DNA of 64,000 bases. Origin: Eledone cirrhosa (lineage: Eukaryota). A program made the translations under genes and the position numbers. Every line of letters starts with the position of its first letter. Position 1 is the stretch's first letter. The stretch spans positions 288,362,001 to 288,426,000 of the forward strand of contig OZ024743.1 in assembly GCA_964016885.1 (NCBI GenBank), given 5' to 3'. Positions 59,752-64,000 of the stretch are shown piece after piece. The notes beneath the pieces were generated by a model. The model worked only from the letters and a program-made list of their open reading frames with translations. It was not told the DNA's origin and ran no database searches.

Positions 59752-59787
59752 GGAGAGAGATATGTTAAAATATTTATATATACACAG

Positions 59788-59833
<46 letters not shown>

Positions 59834-61011
59834 TACATGCGTACCTACATTCATACATACATCCACATATACATTCTTAAGTATATATTATACTACAAGG
59901 AAACGTCCAAGAAGTGATGTTGCTTCTACTATTCGAGAAATAGCAGTCTAACATTTTTTTTTAAGGAAAGAGAAAGTCACTTTTGGCAAAAGTCTTCTAG
60001 ATATACAAATATACATGCCTTTTTTCATTATACATATGCTTCAACAAACCAGATGACGGACTAAACCTCAACAAAAACAGTTGCAATAAGGTAGACCACT
60101 GACTGGTTCCAAACCAAAGAAAACATTATTTACTTTAGGACAATGGTTCACATGACATATCCTTGTAATCTCAGCTTTTCAGAATTTCTCCCCGTTTCAA
60201 ATTTAAATTTTAACTATAGCCCGATACTAATCTGCGCAAGCTTTTCCAAACAGTAGTAAATCTAAACAGAATCTGTAAATAATTGCTAATTCATGGTTAA
60301 TATTTTGGGGGCTATATTGTTAAATTTCAATATATATATATATATATATACAAATGGAAGTTCAGTATAATCGAAGCTCTGGCTGCAACTAAGATAACGA
60401 ATGCATTCGGAATGCGCAGCTAAGCACTCAATAAGGTATTTTACCTTAGAGTAATAAGATTACGTTTAGACAGCTTTGCAAATTGAAAAAATTGCGACCG
60501 GTATATATATATATATATATATACTAACTCATAAAATTCTTTCACTACAATCTCGTATTTAGTATTCCATCCCACCTATTAAACTTTTTTATAGCTTAGC
60601 AGTACCAGTGAGAGATTTGATGATTGTGGAAGGGGAATAGTAACCAGAAATTGTGTTTTTTTGATATTTTTTATATTTTTTATATTTTTCTATATATTTA
60701 CTCCATACAGATTTACTTATTGTTTCGACTTCCTCCCCCTCCCCTTCTCTAGTATACTTTTTTTCAACCTCCTATCCTTTGAATCTGCTGTAGTTGTCAC
60801 TTTCAACGCTCGACTTGGTATCCTCCACTCTCTCTCCCTCTTTCTTCTACTGGCAAGTTCAGCTAACCCTACCTTCCACAAAATGCCATGATAGAATCAT
60901 GTGTCTCAACAACAAACTTTTGACCAATCCTTGTGACAATCACTTTTACCATATATGGAATTACCCCCTGAGAAGTTCGGCTATTCATTTAACAGGATAA
61001 CAATTTTCATT

Positions 61012-61456
<445 letters not shown>

Positions 61457-61994
61457 GTATATGTATATAAATATATATATATATAAATATATACATACTA
61501 TGTACTTTATTCTATCCCAGTTTAGATTCCTCTCTTGGTTAAATTTCTTCTCTCCTGGGTGTTAAATGTTTCCCGCTTGAGAATTACTACCTGATATGTT
61601 TTAGTTTGAAAGCCTGTTCTCTTGTGGGGGACAGGATTCTCTATAAGAGGCAATGATTATTATACCAGTGTTGCTGCAAAGTTGTGTTTTATATATGTAA
61701 CATTGAGGCTTGGCTTCGTTTTAAAGTCTGGCTGAAGATTTAGACATTTAGAGTTGCACGTGTTCAGCAGACGATAGTATGTTGAAAGTAAGACACTACA
61801 TCGTGGAAGAGTCATTTTAGCCATTCAAAATAATCTCTGAAATCTTGCTTATTTACTCTCTTAATGAATGCCCGCAGTATTTGCAAAATAAACGAAATGA
61901 CAAAAAATCACGCGCCATTAAAAGATAAATATACAAATTGACTGCCGCTAGAAACATGCACAGACAACTAGCATTAGTTTAAGCGAGGATATAT

Positions 61995-62133
<139 letters not shown>

Positions 62134-62377
62134 TATATAGGTGGGGGGGGGGGGGTAAATGAGTGCTAGATAGTGATTGATTAATAGATAGAGGTATTTT
62201 GACAATCAGCATTGCCTTAGCGCCTTCATATATTCAACTATGGCCCATCAAGCACCTGGAAGTTATTGATAATTCAAAAATTGAACGCGATAAGTAAATA
62301 CACACACACACACATATATATATATATACATATACAAATATATATATATATATATATATACATACATACATATATGT

Positions 62378-62458
<81 letters not shown>

Positions 62459-62506
62459 TATATATATGCATATATATAAATATATATACATATTTATATA
62501 TACACG

Positions 62507-62540
<34 letters not shown>

Positions 62541-63100
62541 ATATACGAATTTTATTTACAAATCTATAAATTTTCAGTGTATATTTTTTAGATTGTTGCT
62601 TTCAATTTATTGATGTTTATCTGGGTTTCAATAAATTATATTTCACACGTTTCTTAGATATATTTCCTCTCCCGGGCATTGTCGGTCAAATCTCGTTTCA
62701 GCAGGATTAAAAATATTTGCATCAGATACGCGAGAACTGTAATAGTTTTATTTTATTGGTATTATTATTTGAAAGGCAGTAAATATTTTATAATCTTCAT
62801 TAAAGTTTATTTTGAATTCTCGCTCAAAAACAGAATATATACGAAATAAAAATAAAGATACAAATATATAGAGAGAAACAGAATGTTAAAACGAATGAGG
62901 AAGTACATAAGAGACAGTAAGAGAAAGTAAAGGAAGGAAGTATTTAATTTTATCTAAATAATTCTGTCTATTTATAATAAATAGTATATTTTATTATTTT
63001 AATGGAATGTATATAGGAAAATATATGAATGTTCATCTTCATTATATATGTATATAATTGTATATAAAGACATCTAGGTAAATATATGTCAGTATAATTC

Positions 63101-63140
<40 letters not shown>

Positions 63141-63177
63141 TTATATATATACATATATATATATATACATATATATA

Positions 63178-63246
<69 letters not shown>

Positions 63247-63315
63247 AAAAAGGGATGAAATCGAAAATGCAACTGAAGTCTTATTTTTTTTAAAATATAT
63301 ATATTTATTTGGTTG

Positions 63316-63351
63316 CTTTACCGGTTTCGCAGTTCTTCTGCTTTTCAAAAG
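63316..63351 (-). ncRNA. Minimal hammerhead-like motif with U3-A8 variant core, second copy
   Basis: The same 36-nt motif is intact while the flanks have diverged from the 32.9-kb copy. Confidence 0.55.
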
Positions 63352-63869
63352 GTGAGTTGAGATGGAGGGTCTGTGGTTTTTCTCACATCTGGTTGGTCTC
63401 TAAATGTTACTTGTTTTATATGGAAAAACTGGCTCGAAAACCAGGTTTTTCGAGAAGTAATTTGATTGGTTTGTCAATAATTATAATAAATTTCGCGCCA
63501 GTTCGCGTTACAATAGTTCTTCAAATAAGAGAGGGGGGGGGGGGGGGGTTGTCACAGGTTGTTTTTTCATATATGAGTGTTTGAATTTCTTTTTACTTGA
63601 AAAAATGAGGCTCACGAAGGCTTTTTTTTGGTTGGTTATAAATGAAATTTGGCTGTCACGTGAACACGTTTTCATTACATTTTTGCGCCCTTATTTGGAA
63701 AACTATTCTGTAGTCTATAGTGAATGTTATGACAATGGAGAGATAGTGGTCAAGGGAAAAGGGATTGGGAGAAATGTTCTGGTTCAGTGAATATGGCCAG
63801 CTGTCAGAGTTCAGGTGTCAGAGTTCAGATTTTCTATTGAGACTGAAGATATGTGTTTATTTGTGTGCT

Positions 63870-63917
<48 letters not shown>

Positions 63918-64000
63918 TATTGGAAGATGATTCTATTAGTAGAGATGGGGGAGGGAGTTGTGTGTGTGTGTATATGGGTGTTATGTGTGTGTGTGCGAGT

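Overview
AT-rich animal genomic DNA, packed with microsatellites. The repeat content suggests an octopus or other coleoid cephalopod (inference). The only host gene I can support is an ARID3/dead ringer (retained) transcription factor on the minus strand. Three internal coding exons (27850-27667, 19430-19222, 8316-8083) splice in frame with canonical GT-AG sites. I did not find the 5' ARID exon or the final REKLES-beta exon, so both probably lie outside the window. Almost all other ORF-track entries are microsatellite artefacts. The rest is intronic: tRNA-derived SINEs, 3' fragments of R4/Dong-type and Tx1/L1-type LINEs in (AAT)n tracts, an RTE LINE with a 5' inversion, and small MITEs. The most striking signal is a set of hammerhead ribozyme (HHR) elements sitting in (TA)n tracts. 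A young array of 466-bp monomers (40052-42420; about 1.2 inverted plus about 3.9 direct copies) carries a complete type I HHR in each of five positions, like a non-LTR retrozyme or Penelope pLTR array. Several fold-back palindromes carry other HHR families, including cores with the compensatory U3-A8 variant.
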